From Chlorokybus atmophyticus (taxonomy: Eukaryota > Plantae > Mesostigma and Chlorokybus algae), in contig RHPI01003124.1 in assembly GCA_009103225.1 (NCBI GenBank), forward strand, positions 311,757-375,756: a stretch of DNA of 64,000 nt. Reading direction: 5' to 3'. The notes beneath the pieces were generated by a model that had not been told where the DNA came from, made no database searches, and saw nothing but the letters and a program-made list of their open reading frames with translations. Below are positions 17,454-31,112 of the stretch, piece after piece (positions within the stretch are counted from its first letter, which is position 1; each line of letters opens with the position of its first letter). A program made the position numbers and the translations under genes.

Positions 17454-18195
17454 TAGTCAGCTTGTGGTTATGCGAGCAACATTATGATTCTTTACTGCTT
17501 CTACGTATGGCTGATTGCGTCTCAAAAGCGCTATGGTTTGCGCTGCCATTGGACCATATATACAGCTGATTGCAAGGTCCAACCTGGTGCTTAGGTGTGC
17601 GAAACATCCTGGCTATCCTCGCATGTAAAATCACAAGTTGGCATGCACAAAGCAAAGGGAGTATGCGTGCATGCATTGTCACAGAGTCTCAGCCAAGGAT
17701 GTGGGCTAGCTTAAACCTGTAGCAAACAGCAGGCAGCACATTACAATGACTAGAAGAGTTGGTTGTCGTATCCAGTACCAATTCTAGACCCACTTGATGC
17801 AAAGCCACATTGTGCGTTTGCCATAGGAACAGCCGCTCAGTGCAGCCGCCAGCCTTCAAGTCAAGTAAGTCAGGGTTTGGGAGTTCTTGCAGGGTGTGCA
17901 GTACTTTCTCAGCAATTAAGTTGCGGGGCAATGGTACACAGCTACATTCGACATCACAATCACACATGTGCCGTGACATCCACTCTCACGTTTACCTCTC
18001 TCCAATGTACACAACTACCAAACAGCTACTGGTCCTGTCACCAATTCTACTCCTATGCTATGAATATACACATATGTCTATAGATTGGCCGCTTGCTACC
18101 AACATACCAACAACCAACACTAGCCCTCAACCCTCAAAGCCCAACAGCCCCAAGTGCTCTGCAACACAGGCAACGATGATGTGCTTACAACCAAA

Positions 18196-21100
18196 CTAAA
18201 ACACAGCGCTGGTTGACATGACTCGGCGCAGCTGACCGTTCATGTTGAGTTTGGAAGGCGGCACGACAATGCAGCCGGCATCATCCTGGTCCTCGTCGGG
18301 GCTGGGCTCACACTTGAGCATGGTCATGCAGCCGCTGCTGGCGCTCTCCTTGATGCGCTTGCGCATGACGCCGAGCCTGTCCATGCAGTCCACCCCAGAC
18401 TCCAGCTGGCTGCGCTGCCAATCGCCAACGGCCGCCCAGCCGTACCGATACGCTCCCCTCACAATCTCTTCCATCCGATGGTAGTCCAGCAAACTGCACA
18501 TGACCACAACACCCACATTACTTGTACGAAGGCAGCACGACGACAACAAACACACAGCGCATCACACTGCAACAAGTCAAGAACAAAAGCCATGGGAAAG
18601 CAGTGTACAACAGATTAGTGCCAATGTCATCGAATGAGAGTGCATGCAAGTAAGCTGCTTGCCAGTTAGAAACAGGTATGCACCTGTAGTCGTTGATGCC
18701 TGTTGGGCGAAGGTACAAGTCGATCTTGTTCTGGCTTCTGACAGATCGCAGCTGCCGCATGTGAGAGACGTACATCAGCGCAGACGTGAGCTCGCTGTAC
18801 TTGGGCAGACAGATGCGCTTTTGGCGGAAGGGAATGAGCCTGTCCAGCAGCAGCCACCACCCGCTCACTCCGCCGTCCTCTGATAGCACCGCCTGAGACA
18901 TGATAGGTGTCTTATATGAGGTCATATCCTCGCTGCTACATGCTCACGAATGCACGCATGCACCCAACTGTGTGTGTGCGCGCGCGCGCGCACACACACG
19001 TCGACAAAGAAATGCTGACGTCTCACATATTGCCGGAGAGACAAGTAGTAAGTATTATGCACACACACAAACAATGCAAACCTTTTCAAATGCGCTGTTG
19101 TCTTTGTCTTCAACATCCACGACAATGACGGTCCGCACGCCCATGCGGCGCATGATGTCCACAGGGACATTGTCCACATACCCTCCGTCCACGAGCAGAT
19201 CGCCCTTGTCATATATGGGTGGCAACAAGCCAATGACTGTCATGCTGGCTCTCACGTACTTCCAGAGATCACCCCTCTCATGCACCGCTATATCCCCCTT
19301 TGTGACATTCGTGCTCACGCAAAAATATCTAAGCCAGAGGTCCTCAATCTGGGTGTCGCCAAGAGCCTGAAGGTGATACATTATCAGACAAGCCTGTCTA
19401 TACTCAACAGCTCTACCCTAGCCTGGCCGGGGACACTGTGCAGATGCTATGCACAACAACAACGGGGATGGTGTACACGGTGTACAGTATGTATGTGGTG
19501 ACGAACGCTTACATGTTTGATAGTCTTTGTGAACCCAGTGCCGTGGAATATGGCAAGCACAGGCAAGGTCAAGTCTCTCAACAGGTGCCACACGGAGCCG
19601 AGCTTGGCAGCAAACTCACGCACTTTTGGGACCTGCGTCATACCGTGTTACCCTGGAATGTCTACCAGAACAGCACATTAGTCAGTATAAACCACAGCGC
19701 ACCATGGCCTGTGAGGTGAGGAACTTTGCATACAGCGCTCCCATGAAAGCGCCCTGGCTGGTGCCGCCAACACAATCGATGGGGATGCCGGCATCCTCCA
19801 ATGCACGGATCACGCCGAGATGAGCCAACCCTCTGCTGCCGCCACCAGACAACACAAGTCCAACGGACCTCCCGGCTAGGTAGCGCGCCAGCCGTATCAT
19901 GTCCGCGTCCACGCCAACACGCACGTGGTGATGGCGGTGGCAACGCCGAGGCTCTAGCCAGGCCTTGCTGCCGGTGGGCATCATGTGGACATACTGGTTC
20001 TTGCGCCCGACGGGTACGGGCTGGTGCAGCAGGACGAGCTCGGCCCGGAGAAATGAGTGTGGAAGTTTGCGGTGCATGGATCGCAAGCGCTCTGCTCGGT
20101 CCCACAACATTTTTTGCTCATGCGGTTGTACAGTTGGATTTTGCTGAGCCATCCCCGCCACAAGCACAATGTCTGCTTGCGTGATACACAGATGCGTCCA
20201 TTCAACAGCGTGTGGGTCCCCCTATCCAATTAGATATACGAGAGACGTGGGCAGTCCACAGCAGTAATCCAATGCAGAGCTCACACACATATAAATAATA
20301 CCAACTCTGCGCTCTTACAAAGTTGGAGTGTGCAACATACCTGGAGAACAATGAACCTGTAGGACTCCTCTTGGGCTGCCATCCAAGCCGTGAGCTTGCT
20401 TCGATAGAAGGGTATGTGCAGTTTGGCTGCCGTAGCATCGCGAAACTGCATAGCCACATCATGGCTGGAGAGCTGCAGTGTGGGTCCCAGCAGCTGCAAG
20501 GCAACGCACAGCTGGTCCGACAGCGGCTGCAGCTCGCAGCTCGCATCTGCAGGAAACAGCGCAATGGTGACGAGTTCAGATGGCTGCCCACGCTTTGAGC
20601 CGCTCCCTTCCGCTCGCCCTGCTCGCCTCAAGCGACGTATCAACGAGTCTACTATGCGCGCAACCACTGCTGGGCTCTCCCTGCAAACCTTCTCGAACGC
20701 AGGCCTGCACACAAACAACAGATCAGCTGCTTGCCGTTTTCCCTGCTTCAAATAGCAACGTTGGCCAAGGGACTCACCGTGACATGCGCACGAGCTCTGC
20801 ATCTCGAATACAGAGTGCTGTGTGGTCGTGTGTACCACCGCTGATCAGGCTTGCCTCGCCCATGGTACCTCCGCGAACAACGTCATCTTGCCGCCACTGT
20901 TCTGGTACAGGCAAGCGAGTTTTGTCGCCGTCGTGCATCCTGTCTGGCAGCCTCTCCTCTTGCATATCGCGCATCAGGTGCACTCTCCCACTGTTGAGTG
21001 AATAACATGGAATGTCAGCACGGACAAAGACAAGCTGGTGATTGTTAACAATCAATTCCCCTGTCAGCCTGCTTTCGCCTTGTAACAAGCAGTTCTGATG

Positions 21101-23121
21101 GCGTAACATTTAAACAAACAGGCCTTGAAGTCTGATTCAACATATCACCTTATGAGTATGAACAGCGATGTTGCTGGCTGACCCTTTTCATAGACTGTTT
21201 CGCCCGAGTGATGCCATACTCGATTGAGCCCGAGCGTAATGAATCGCCGGATAAGCGCTGCTAGCGAGCGTGCTGCCAGAAGCATGATTTGAAGAAACAG
21301 CTGCGGGGCTCGTTCTTGCAACCGCTCGAGGTCCTCATGGCTGAAGATGGCCAGCTGGCAAGCCTCAGCTGCGCGTACAGTTTCTCTGCGCTTTGTGCTG
21401 GTTAGAAAGCTCGCCGCTCCAATGATGGCGATTGTGGACACCTCGCTCACATGCTTCCAGTTGTTGACCACAGGCCAGCTGTCGCGGCTGTCGGAAGGCC
21501 GCAGGAAGTTGCTGCTCGTGTGCGTGGAGCCGTTTGTCATTGGAGCACGTGGTGTAGGCGGGGGTGCGTCCACAACCAGCCGGCCGGAAAGCAGTACATG
21601 AAAGCAATCTGCCGAGTCGCCCTCAACTTGGAGCAGCGTGCCGGCGCGTATTGTCACCTTGCGCACGAGCTCACTCGACCATATTGTTTGGCAACAGCTT
21701 TCTACAACTTCGCTACGAAGCACGTCAATTGATGCGGGTGATGGTGGCAATTGGGTTTCAACAGTCTTGACTAACTCCAGTACAGTGTTCTGCGCCTCTT
21801 CAGGTATTGCTCTCGACATCTCATTCGCTGGGTCGGTAAATGGAACAAAGTCCACAGCTGAGTCACCCTGTAACATAAGGTACTGCATGACAACGAAGTG
21901 TGCCACACGCCACAGACGCGCGATGGCCTGTCGAAGATACAAGTCCAAAGTGTGCGGTTTCTCGGCGATGAACCTCAAGAATAACGCCCTTGGCACACAC
22001 AGGAGAGTAGTGCTCTCCTCCATAGACATGCAAGTTACACTTCTTTGTGCTCCGTCAATGACATCCAGATCGCCTGCAACCCACTGTGTCAGAGCATGCT
22101 TCGCAATGCATCCAAATTATTTGCGCAACTGTTGCCCATACCTACACTCTCTCCTGGTTTCAACACGTTGACAAGTAGGAAGTTATCATCCTCAGCTGCG
22201 GCTGTGTCATCGTGCAAATAGACTCCTAAACAGCCTTCTGTACAGACATATATACCGTCTTCACTTGGATCCCCTTTCCTGAACAGCACCTGAGAGTGCC
22301 AACGATGGGTAGGTTGCACATACGGTTGTCAACCTCTCATCAGCATGGTAGGTGGCAATTACCTCGTGCGGTGCAAGTTCTCGCCATGAACTTGCTTCAA
22401 ACAGCTCCTTCGACTCCTCAAGCTCAAGGCAAGCAAAGAACTTGGTGCTCATAAAGAAGTCGGGCACGCGAGACTGCTTGCTGCCGGCCTGATCACTGCT
22501 TTCTCCGCTTGCTTGCTGCAGGTCAGCAAATGTTATCAGCTGCCTCCCGTACCTGCATGAGTCACTGCAAAAATTTACAAATCTGCTGTCTACAGCCTAC
22601 GCGCACCTCACTTGGCAAGCTCGTCTCATCACTCTGTTTGTCGACATCAGCGCTCTCTTTACTGGCACGCGACTCTGATGGACTGCGCAATGCGTGTGTA
22701 TGCAGTATTAGCGCAACTTGATTTGCTAACGCAAGGGGCTAGCACTATGGTTGAAGGTACACAATGCCTGCGCAAGCCAACATTGCAAAGTGTGGCACTT
22801 ACAGAACATCAGTGTTGAAGAAGGGAAGCGTTTCAAATGATTCTCTTCTGGCAGCTGCCAGGGCAGCTTCAATGGCAGGCTGAGGAGAGCCGCCAAGTGC
22901 TTGCGCCCAACCCTTCAGTAGGCGCTTTGCACCTCCCTGCATTGTGACATGTAAGCTGATTCACACACAACCATAAAGGCAAATAGAGCAAGTCGTGAGT
23001 GTTGAGTTTGCAGACAATGTTGGCAACAGCTTTGCTCGCTCACCTGTGTGTAAGCGTCATACCATACAAGCGCAGCCGCTGCGGCAGCTATGCCAGCCAC
23101 CACAGCGGTGCTGCGCCGCAT
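18196..23121 (-). CDS. PNPLA6: Neuropathy target esterase/NTE1-like patatin phospholipase with cyclic-nucleotide-binding domains
   Basis: N-terminal anchor [21 protein letters not shown]; cNMP-like segments ([31 protein letters not shown]); patatin motifs [19 protein letters not shown] and DGGYVDNVP; multi-exon. Confidence 0.92.
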
Positions 23122-23448
23122 GGTTGGGCGGCGTGCCCACAACGTCATAGGTGTATGCTACAGTCAAGCGCACATGCGCGGCATAGATGCATGTTGGATA
23201 TCCTGCGGATGTATAACAGTGTTATGATGCTGTGCGTCTCGTGGGTGAAACCAATGCATAGCGTGCGAGAAGATTCATAGGCTGCCCAACAAAAGCAACA
23301 CACAACTGACATCGCAACTCAGGCTGTTTTGACAGAATGATAATGCTCAACTGCCACACAGTAACATTGTCGTCATCGAGGTAGGAAGTACTTTGTTCTG
23401 AGGCCCGATTTTTGTATGCTTTGCTACTACTTTCAGGAAACAACACAA

Positions 23449-23490
23449 TCTAGTGGTTCCACACGTGATTTCACGTGTGGAACCACTAGA
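23449..23490. repeat. Perfect 42-bp palindrome (20-bp arms, 2-nt loop)
   Basis: tctagtggttccacacgtga-tt-tcacgtgtggaaccactaga. Confidence 0.95.
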
Positions 23491-24163
23491 CTGTACAGAC
23501 AGACGCACCAACACACCTAAGTATGCAAGCCTGTTCAGAAATGTGCCACTGGTTACGCCGCAAGAGAGCAATTGGACATAGCGTGGCTGGCCCCGGAGGC
23601 CACAGTGAACCACGCCCAACAAGAGAAGCAAGCTGGCCAACATCATGGCGCTAACACTTAAGTGTTACTAGTGTCTCATGACAACAAAAGTAACGTTCCG
23701 TTCCCAGGAAGTCGCAAAGCAAGCTTCATCACGCAGCAGAATGCACGGCAATGCACCATTGTCGCCATGAGATCAACCTTACCTCTTCACGGCAACGTCA
23801 CGTCAGCCTGCGTGCAGCAACGGATGCACATTTGACCACACAAGCTCAACAATTACGTTCGCTGGCTTAACGCTCCCCACGCGGACACCAACACCGCCGC
23901 CGTCGCCGCCGCTTCCGCTGGCAGCAGCTTTGTTGGCAAATTCAACTACGCTTTTTGCGCCCAGGAAAAGCCACCACGCAAAGCTTTTTTGCCCCGGCAC
24001 GCTTTTGAGCTCGAATTGGTAAGCTGACTGCTGCTCACGTCAGCAGCCAGCACATGTGGCCCGCTGAAGTGAAATTCCTGGACATCCTTCGAATCCCCGG
24101 AAACTGTTCTTCCGGTCTATCGCAGCCTCGAAAGTGTTGTCAAGATGCGCGTAGCAGCAAAAT

Positions 24164-24172
24164 AAACCCTAA
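24164..24172 (+). promoter_or_regulatory. Telo-box-like AAACCCTAA in a head-to-head intergenic region (second instance at 30971-30979)
   Basis: Exact match to the plant telo-box motif; function inferred only. Confidence 0.25.
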
Positions 24173-24928
24173 GCATTTGTTAGGCGGTGGTGTTGGTGGC
24201 GGTGGTCGTCGTCCTTGTTGTTGTTGCTGTTGCTGTTGTTATTTGGAGGAAGTCCATTGTTCTTGACGAAGGGGTTTGTAAAAAGTTAGCAGCTATGCCG
24301 CTCTCCGTGCAGGCGCGTAACTTTGTCACGGCGAGCGTGCTCGGTAAGTCATTCTCCAGCAGCTTGTGCATGGCTGTCACTTAGCGTAGTTAGCAATGGC
24401 ACTGGACTTTCTGAGGCTCTTGTTGCCTGGTGCTGATCTAGTAGTGAGACGACACGAAGATACCCTCTTCGGCTACAACATGTGGTCGTATGTTTTGTGG
24501 TGCATGACATCATGCACAGCTGCGAAGCTCAATCGCAGCTTTCGTTGCGTTTCTGCTGCTTGTAAGCGTTGTTGGGTCCAATTCTGCAGTATGATTGCAC
24601 CGTTATGCCTACCCGATAAGTGTGCACTTGTTTGTTTTGCTTCATCGCACCGCTTGCGGCAGGTGCGTTTGTGGCGGGTGTGTACTTGTACACTATGAAG
24701 GCCGTGTCGCACGATGAGCTTGCGGAAGCCGATCGGGCGCGGCAAGCTCAGAGGGCTGCCAAGTAGAGAAGGCTTGAGCTGGTTTGCGCGCAATGGGAGC
24801 GCCCATTGCCAGGCAGGCCAAAGCGGACAAACACTTGAGCCGCAATGTAAGGCGGCCGGCAAGTGTTGCAAGCCTGCATCCTTTTGCGTGCAAGGTTTAG
24901 AATTGACTTGACAGTGACTGGGGCGATA

Positions 24929-26429
24929 ATGCAGGAGCTTCTTGCGTGGTTGAACGAGTTGCTGCAAACCGACTACACAAAACTCACAGACCTGGCAGAT
25001 GGTGAGCACATGCGTAAATGCTTCTCATTGGCGCTGGCGAGCTCAAATTCTTCCATGCAGTATGATTCTTTTCGTCCTTACTCGTTTCAACTGGCAGGCG
25101 TTGCAGTTTGTCAGGTGCTAGATGCAGTGTACCCGGAACAGGTACGACAAGCAGTGCTCAGCTTGTTACTTTGCATCTAGAACACTTGTAAATAGGTCGT
25201 GGTCGTTGCATACGTGGGTTTATACAGTTAGCACTAGTGGTCAGTTACTTGGCGTGCAAGTTTCACACGCCAGTAAACTCAGTGTGAAAGCACAAGCATG
25301 CGCAGTGTTGCACATCCATAGAGAGTCGCATCTGCTGCCTGGCGTTGTTGGAACACAGCTGTGGGCTGCCCCATGCTCACCTGCCCTGTTAGGCTGTGCG
25401 TCTAGACCGCGTCAACTTCTCCGCCAAAACTTCAGATGCCAAGTTGAATAACTGGAGGCTGGTCGCCTCTGCGCTTGATCGACAGGGCTTGTCCAAGCAA
25501 CTGAACCTTGCAGCGCTCTCTCAAGGAAAATTAAATGTGAGTTATTCTTGAGCATTCCACAGGCATTCTAAGTTTTTAAACAATTTTTATGGGTGTTTAA
25601 TGGCTAATCTCATGTACTGTGGCATCTTGCAGGACTTGCAGGACATCTTGCAGTGGTGCTATGCGCTATGTCAGCAAAAGCAGCCTTTGCGCAGCTACAA
25701 TGCGTTTGAGAAGCGCATGCAAGCGCAGACGCTGCAGCTTAGCCGCCTGCCAGCTCCAAAACTGCGGATCAACGTGAATCTTGTGCCCAACAGCTTGGAC
25801 GCCGTTGCAAGAGTGGAGCAGCTGCAACGGCAGACACCTGCAAAGGCTCCAACTCCTGTGAGCCAATCCCCTAGGTACAACCAGTTGCATGTGCATGATT
25901 TTGTCTGCTCGGGGGCGCACGGGTGCACACCGGCATGCGTGCGTGTATGCAGCCTGGCATGTCTACTTATTGCGTGTCCATTGGCTTCAGTGTTTCGCAT
26001 TGCGCATTGAAGATGACCATGGTGTACTTGTTGCTCAGTATGCTATCGATTCCCACACCGCGATTGACACCAGCTGCATTGTCTTCCTCCGATGCGGTGC
26101 CGCGGGTAGAGCACAAGTTGGAAACTTTGGAGATGCAGTTGCAGTGCGCTCGTGAGCTCGATGGGTTGGCCGACAGTTTGGCTGCTGAACTGCATCATCG
26201 CTTGCATGCATGCTTGCAGCTTGAAAACGACATTGCCACATCAGATCGAGAGCGACGATTCTATTTCAACAAATTGCGGCGGATCGAGCGCGTGTGTGAT
26301 CGAGCTGCGGCCGTCGTCCCCACCATGCCTGGCGTCCTCGATGTGATGGACATTATTGGTGATACGGGTCGCCTCGGTGTTGATTTGAGCTGCCTGCAGC
26401 AGCGTGCAGTGCCAAATGGAGGCACCTGA
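24929..26429 (+). CDS. EB1: EB1/MAPRE microtubule end-binding protein (an extra upstream exon near 24714 is possible)
   Basis: CH domain QELLAWLNELLQTDYTKLTDLADGVAVCQVLDAVYP...RVNFSAK...NNWRLV...DILQWCY; C-terminal EB motif ERRFYFNKLRRIE; GT-AG introns. Confidence 0.88.
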
Positions 26430-26609
26430 AGATGTCGACAGCTGGCATAGCGAGTACCATTTGGTGTGTTGTGCAGCTGACGCTATCGCGAACATTGTGT
26501 ACAAAAGATGCAAGGCGGGTTTCATGCATGCAAGGCACACCACATTCATCACATACATGCAGTCAGTAGATCATCACCAACACATGCAACAGCTGCTAGT
26601 ACAACAGCA

Positions 26610-27290
26610 TCGCTGCCGACAGGGCAGGGCGCAGGGGCGGGGCAGAGGGGCCCTCAGCCAGGGTTACAATATGCGCAGCTGTGTGGGAATGGTGGGAGTG
26701 AGGCTGTGGGTGAAGGAGAACGGGAGAGGGAGAGTGGGAGTCCGTCTGCTGCTCATGCTCCTGGCTGCTGCAAAGAACTGCAAGACTGCACACGCGTGCA
26801 GGTATTGAGCAAATGCATGCATGTATGTCTGATGGGGGTTGAAGTCAGTAGTTACAATAGTCAGTAGTTACAATAGTTACGCGTTGCTAGTGTAGGTAGA
26901 CCCGTCGGTAAGTAATTACTGCACGATGATGAGCTTGGTGAGCAACGCATGTGTCATGCATGTTGCATGTATCATGGTCACTTGCATTTTCTGTACACTC
27001 TCATATGCAACGCCACCGAGCTACATGCTAACCTATTGCTAGCCACTAGGTACGACACTAACTTCACCTACCCCATTAGACATGCATGCATGGTAAGTCA
27101 AAACCGTTGTTACCTGCATGCATGTGCAGCTAGTCTTTCTTGCGGCAGCCAGTGGCATCAGCAGTACGAGCAGCAGACGGACTCCCCCTCCCCACTCTCC
27201 CGGTCCTCCTTCACCCACACCCTCCCTGCTGTCCACCCCCTGCGGTCTTGCATGCTGTAACCCTGCAGGGCCCCTCTGCCCGGCCCTTTC
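26610..27290. repeat. Imperfect inverted repeat pair (~26610-26805 / ~27110-27290) of a GC-rich dispersed repeat; third copy at ~58380-58560
   Basis: Shared gggcagaggggccct...gggttaca and ggagtccgtctgctgctc in opposite orientation. Confidence 0.75.
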
Positions 27291-28360
27291 GGCGGTCGTG
27301 TGCGCGTGCTGCTCAGTCAGCAGCTGCTGCCAGTGTCCATGTCGCTAGTTAGGTGGTGCTGGTGGGGTTGGATCTGCGTATCCTTCGCACGGGCAAGCTT
27401 GTTTACCAATCAGCCTGCTCCCATGCAGTCGTTGCAGTCGTGCTGCATAGGCTGTGCGTTGCTGTTGCAACGCCATGAAAACCAGCTTATACAGCAACGA
27501 CGATGGCGTGCCGTAGATGTACTTGTTGTCCCGCAACATCTTTTGCCGCAATGTGCTGTTGTTGCTGGGTAACATGTTGGGGTAAACGTTGGGCTGCGGC
27601 TGCGTTAGTGCTGGGCTCTGTGCATAGGTGTAGTGTTGTGAATGATATGAGCCACGCAATTACTATTGCCAAGTTGCGGTGCTCCAACATGCGGTACACG
27701 CGCACGACTCACAATGATGTACAAGTTGTCACATGTGGAGAAATAGGCCTATCGCAAAAGACATGCAATGCAGGCAACGTGCTCTCTTCATTGCTTGCAT
27801 TGCATCCGCATTATTTGTGAGCTATCTACATGGAACCACCGTTTCTCGTCAGTCAGTAACAAGAACTACATGCATCTAAATGCACTTAAACCTTTTGGCA
27901 AGCACTATATGGCAAGCACTATATGCACTTAAACCTTTTGGCAAATTGAAGTTTACTGGCACCACGGTGTTGCAAGCCGCATATATAGTCTAAAGCCGCT
28001 CTACCAACTTAGAGGACTTTGGCCAGGGGAGACTTACTTGCAAAAGACAAATGTTGTATTGACATCTTTTGTCAGGGGCTTGTTATCAACCAAATTTTGG
28101 TTTCACCCCCCCGAAAAAGTCTCCGTATTGTAGCTACCTACCCAGTCATAAGACAGAGCTATGAAAACATATCGGGAAATCAAACAGAGTTGACTTGGCG
28201 CACAGCACACTCGATGTAAGAACACTCCCCTATACTGACCTTGAACGAACTAGACAATCCAGGTTCCAAAGCTCTACGCTCCGTCCACACTCCATCTTGC
28301 GATCACGCGATTGATTGACAGCAAGCACAACACGCATTTGCACTAGACCAACCAGGGTTA

Positions 28361-30926
28361 TCAGAGTAGCAACGGCTTGTGCCTTGCACCGGCTCGAATA
28401 TGGCTGATCAGAAAACCCTGGAAAGAGCGGCACGCGGGTGGCAAGCTGGCGTTGTGTTCACGCATGCAAGCAATGAGCTGAGACACTGCTGCAGCTGGAA
28501 GCCTGATGTCTTCAGATCTGTGCATGGCTGCCCATTTTTCACCCTCCCTGGGTACGAGAGAGTTTGTCATCAGGTGTTGATGCACCATAATGATGGGCAA
28601 CTGGCTAACAACCCAACCTGATAGCACTGCTGTCTTCTGAAGTCAAGTCTTTGTACAACAACTTGACTGCTGGTGCTAGAAAAAGCCCTGTTTGTGAGAT
28701 ACAAGAGCATCAGCTTGTACTATGGCGGCTTTGAATCATCAATGACAAAATAAGTACGCTGCAAGGACAGCACCTGTATCTGCAAATGCTTGCTGCGCTC
28801 ACCGTTCACGCCTTGTGACCCTTGTATAAATATGGATCCAACGACGCTTTTCCAATTCATGACCACAACCTGCTTAGAGTGGCTTAGTTTAGACTGATAC
28901 TGAAAACGTGTTGGTAAAACACAATCAAAATGCAACAAAGAACAGCCGCGCCTAATGCACAAGGCGATGCTGACATCAGGAAAGATGATGCACGCAAGGT
29001 CTATGGACAATAAGTGGAAAGCGCAGGAGACAGCATAGGTTTTGAACTCAGCAATGCCTATCTATGGCTGACTCATGTAATATTCAACTTGCATGTGACG
29101 ATGACTAGCAACAATATGGATGAGCAGGTGTGTGCAACACCAACCTGCAACAACAACCTTGCGCTGCCTGTGTCCCGAATGGCAAAGCGATGACTTTGCT
29201 GTTCAGCGGATGCTTCCAGCAACTCCATAGCAAAAGCACCTTCTAGCGTCCAATGCTCGCTGCTGCTCAGTACACCGCACGTTACCTTGTGAGTGCGATG
29301 CAATCTCGCATTCAATATGACTCACGCAAACCAAGTACAAGATAACTGCGTAGCATTACTATGTAGTACAATGTGACCTGCTGGGCTTACCTTTCTGGAT
29401 CGTCTTCAACGCCAGGAATACGAGCTGTAACTGCATGCTTGTACAATTGCACTTCAGGTCCTGTACATAACGTGTCACAAGAGAGTAACCCAACTAAACA
29501 CCAACATGGCACACATCATTAACCAGCTCAGCACTAGCACGTTCACACGCATTTGCGCACACATGCGCGCGCACAGATATAGTATTTCAAGCCACTGCAC
29601 TCACCCGTCTTCCTGGCTTCGCCCAAGACAACACCGCATTTACGGCAGCTGTTGCTGCGATCTTGATCGTCGACACGTTCGCGCATCCGAACATCGTCGT
29701 TATGCAAAGATATGGCAAATGCAGATACCACAGCGCGGCTTGGAGCAGCTTGCAATGACGCCTGTTGGTGACAAAACACGACAAGTTGGCAAGAGATGGG
29801 TATGCGCAATTACGAACATGACACGCTCACCATGACAGTGTCATGATGCAATGTTGATGGCGCATGTTTCCCGCAACATGTCGCACAAAAGGATCCGGTG
29901 AGCTCTTCCCAACCCGCGGACGGAGGCGCGATTGCACGGCTGAGATGAGGCGAGGACACAACTTTGTCACCAGAGTTGAACAGTTGGTCTGCGCATTGCG
30001 TGCGCTTCAGCACGCAACACAACAAGCCTGCAGGGCATGCACACATACATATGTCTACCACCAACAGCCAGCTAATGTTACCTGATGGGATTGCTTGTGC
30101 ATGGCGAGCCACATGAGCTGCAACTGAGATGGAAGCCGCCCTTCATTGCGTTCAATTCACGCACATCTGCGGGCAAAAACCCCAGAGCAGCGATGAGAAT
30201 TCAGTAGGGTTTCGTGTTTAACAACTGTCATTGCCTTGCAACCCTGCTTGCATGCAAGCACATAGCAATTACACTCGCAATATGACAAAGCATTCTACAT
30301 GCGATACGCGAGTTGTACGCTCATGCAAGCAGGTCTTTCAACACAGCTTCATCTATGAAGCATGCAAACAACTCTTCAAGCTGTATGAATGAACGTGTGA
30401 TGTACCGTCGTCAACAGTGCGGTGCTGCCAGGAGCAGTCCACGTGCTGCGCCATCCTCAGGTTCACTTCAACATGGTCAAGTCGCACAATGCAAGGCAGT
30501 AAGCATGCACCACCATCACAGTCTTGTCTCACAGCAGCATTAGCTACAGGCACACCCACTGCCACACGCTCCTCCGACCCACTCTCTGCAAGGAGGCAGT
30601 GCAAGTAAGCAACAACTAGTCAGCTGACAATGCATTGCCGCAAGCACATAAGCATAGCATTGAGCTGAGAACACATCCTCTCGCTTGCCTGCAGTTGAGA
30701 CCACCTCTACAAAAGAGAGCTGAGGCTGACTTCCTAATAGGGAGGCTGAAGCTGTGACTATTGCCTCGTCGTTGTCCACCTCCGCCTCCGCCTCTGCCTG
30801 GCCGTCGTCGTGGGTGCTGCGCAGCAGGAGGCGGACGGTGCGCAGGTGCGGCACCACCTCGGCGTGGACAGCCCACCTCCTGCCCTTCTCCGTCCCGGAC
30901 GACCCCATCGCCACGGACACCGCCAT
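28361..30926 (-). CDS. UBE3D: UBE3D/HECT_2-like (E2-binding HECT-type ligase family) protein
   Basis: Exons read RRWAVHAEVVPHLRTVRLLL; RLDHVEVNLRM; PPSAGWEELTGSFCATCC; WTLEGAFAMELLEASAEQQSHRFAIRD...LLQVVVMNW; LPPACRSFQGFLISH. These match the motif order I recall for plant-type UBE3D. Start codon uncertain (30926 or 30908). Confidence 0.7.
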
Positions 30927-31112
30927 CGACAAGGACAATGAGGCCAACAACATGCACATGTTGAGGCTGAAAACCCTAACGCAGGTCTGGGCTTGGGGGC
31001 GGCGGCGGTGGCGGGAGTGGACGGCTGCCGCCGCCGAGGGCAGGGAGGGACTCAGTGAGGATCTAAACGAGGAGGACGACGAGGAACAGGAGGAGTGCAA
31101 GGAGGAGGCGCC

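Noticed and set aside
24180-24384. Hydrophobic short ORFs between NTE and EB1
   Set aside because: They derive from GTT/GCT triplet repeats in a promoter or UTR region.
26843-26880. Short direct repeats (16-bp tandem here; nested 21-bp repeats near 27880-27945; 32-bp tandem near 42000)
   Set aside because: Consistent with ordinary slippage duplications, with no further structure.
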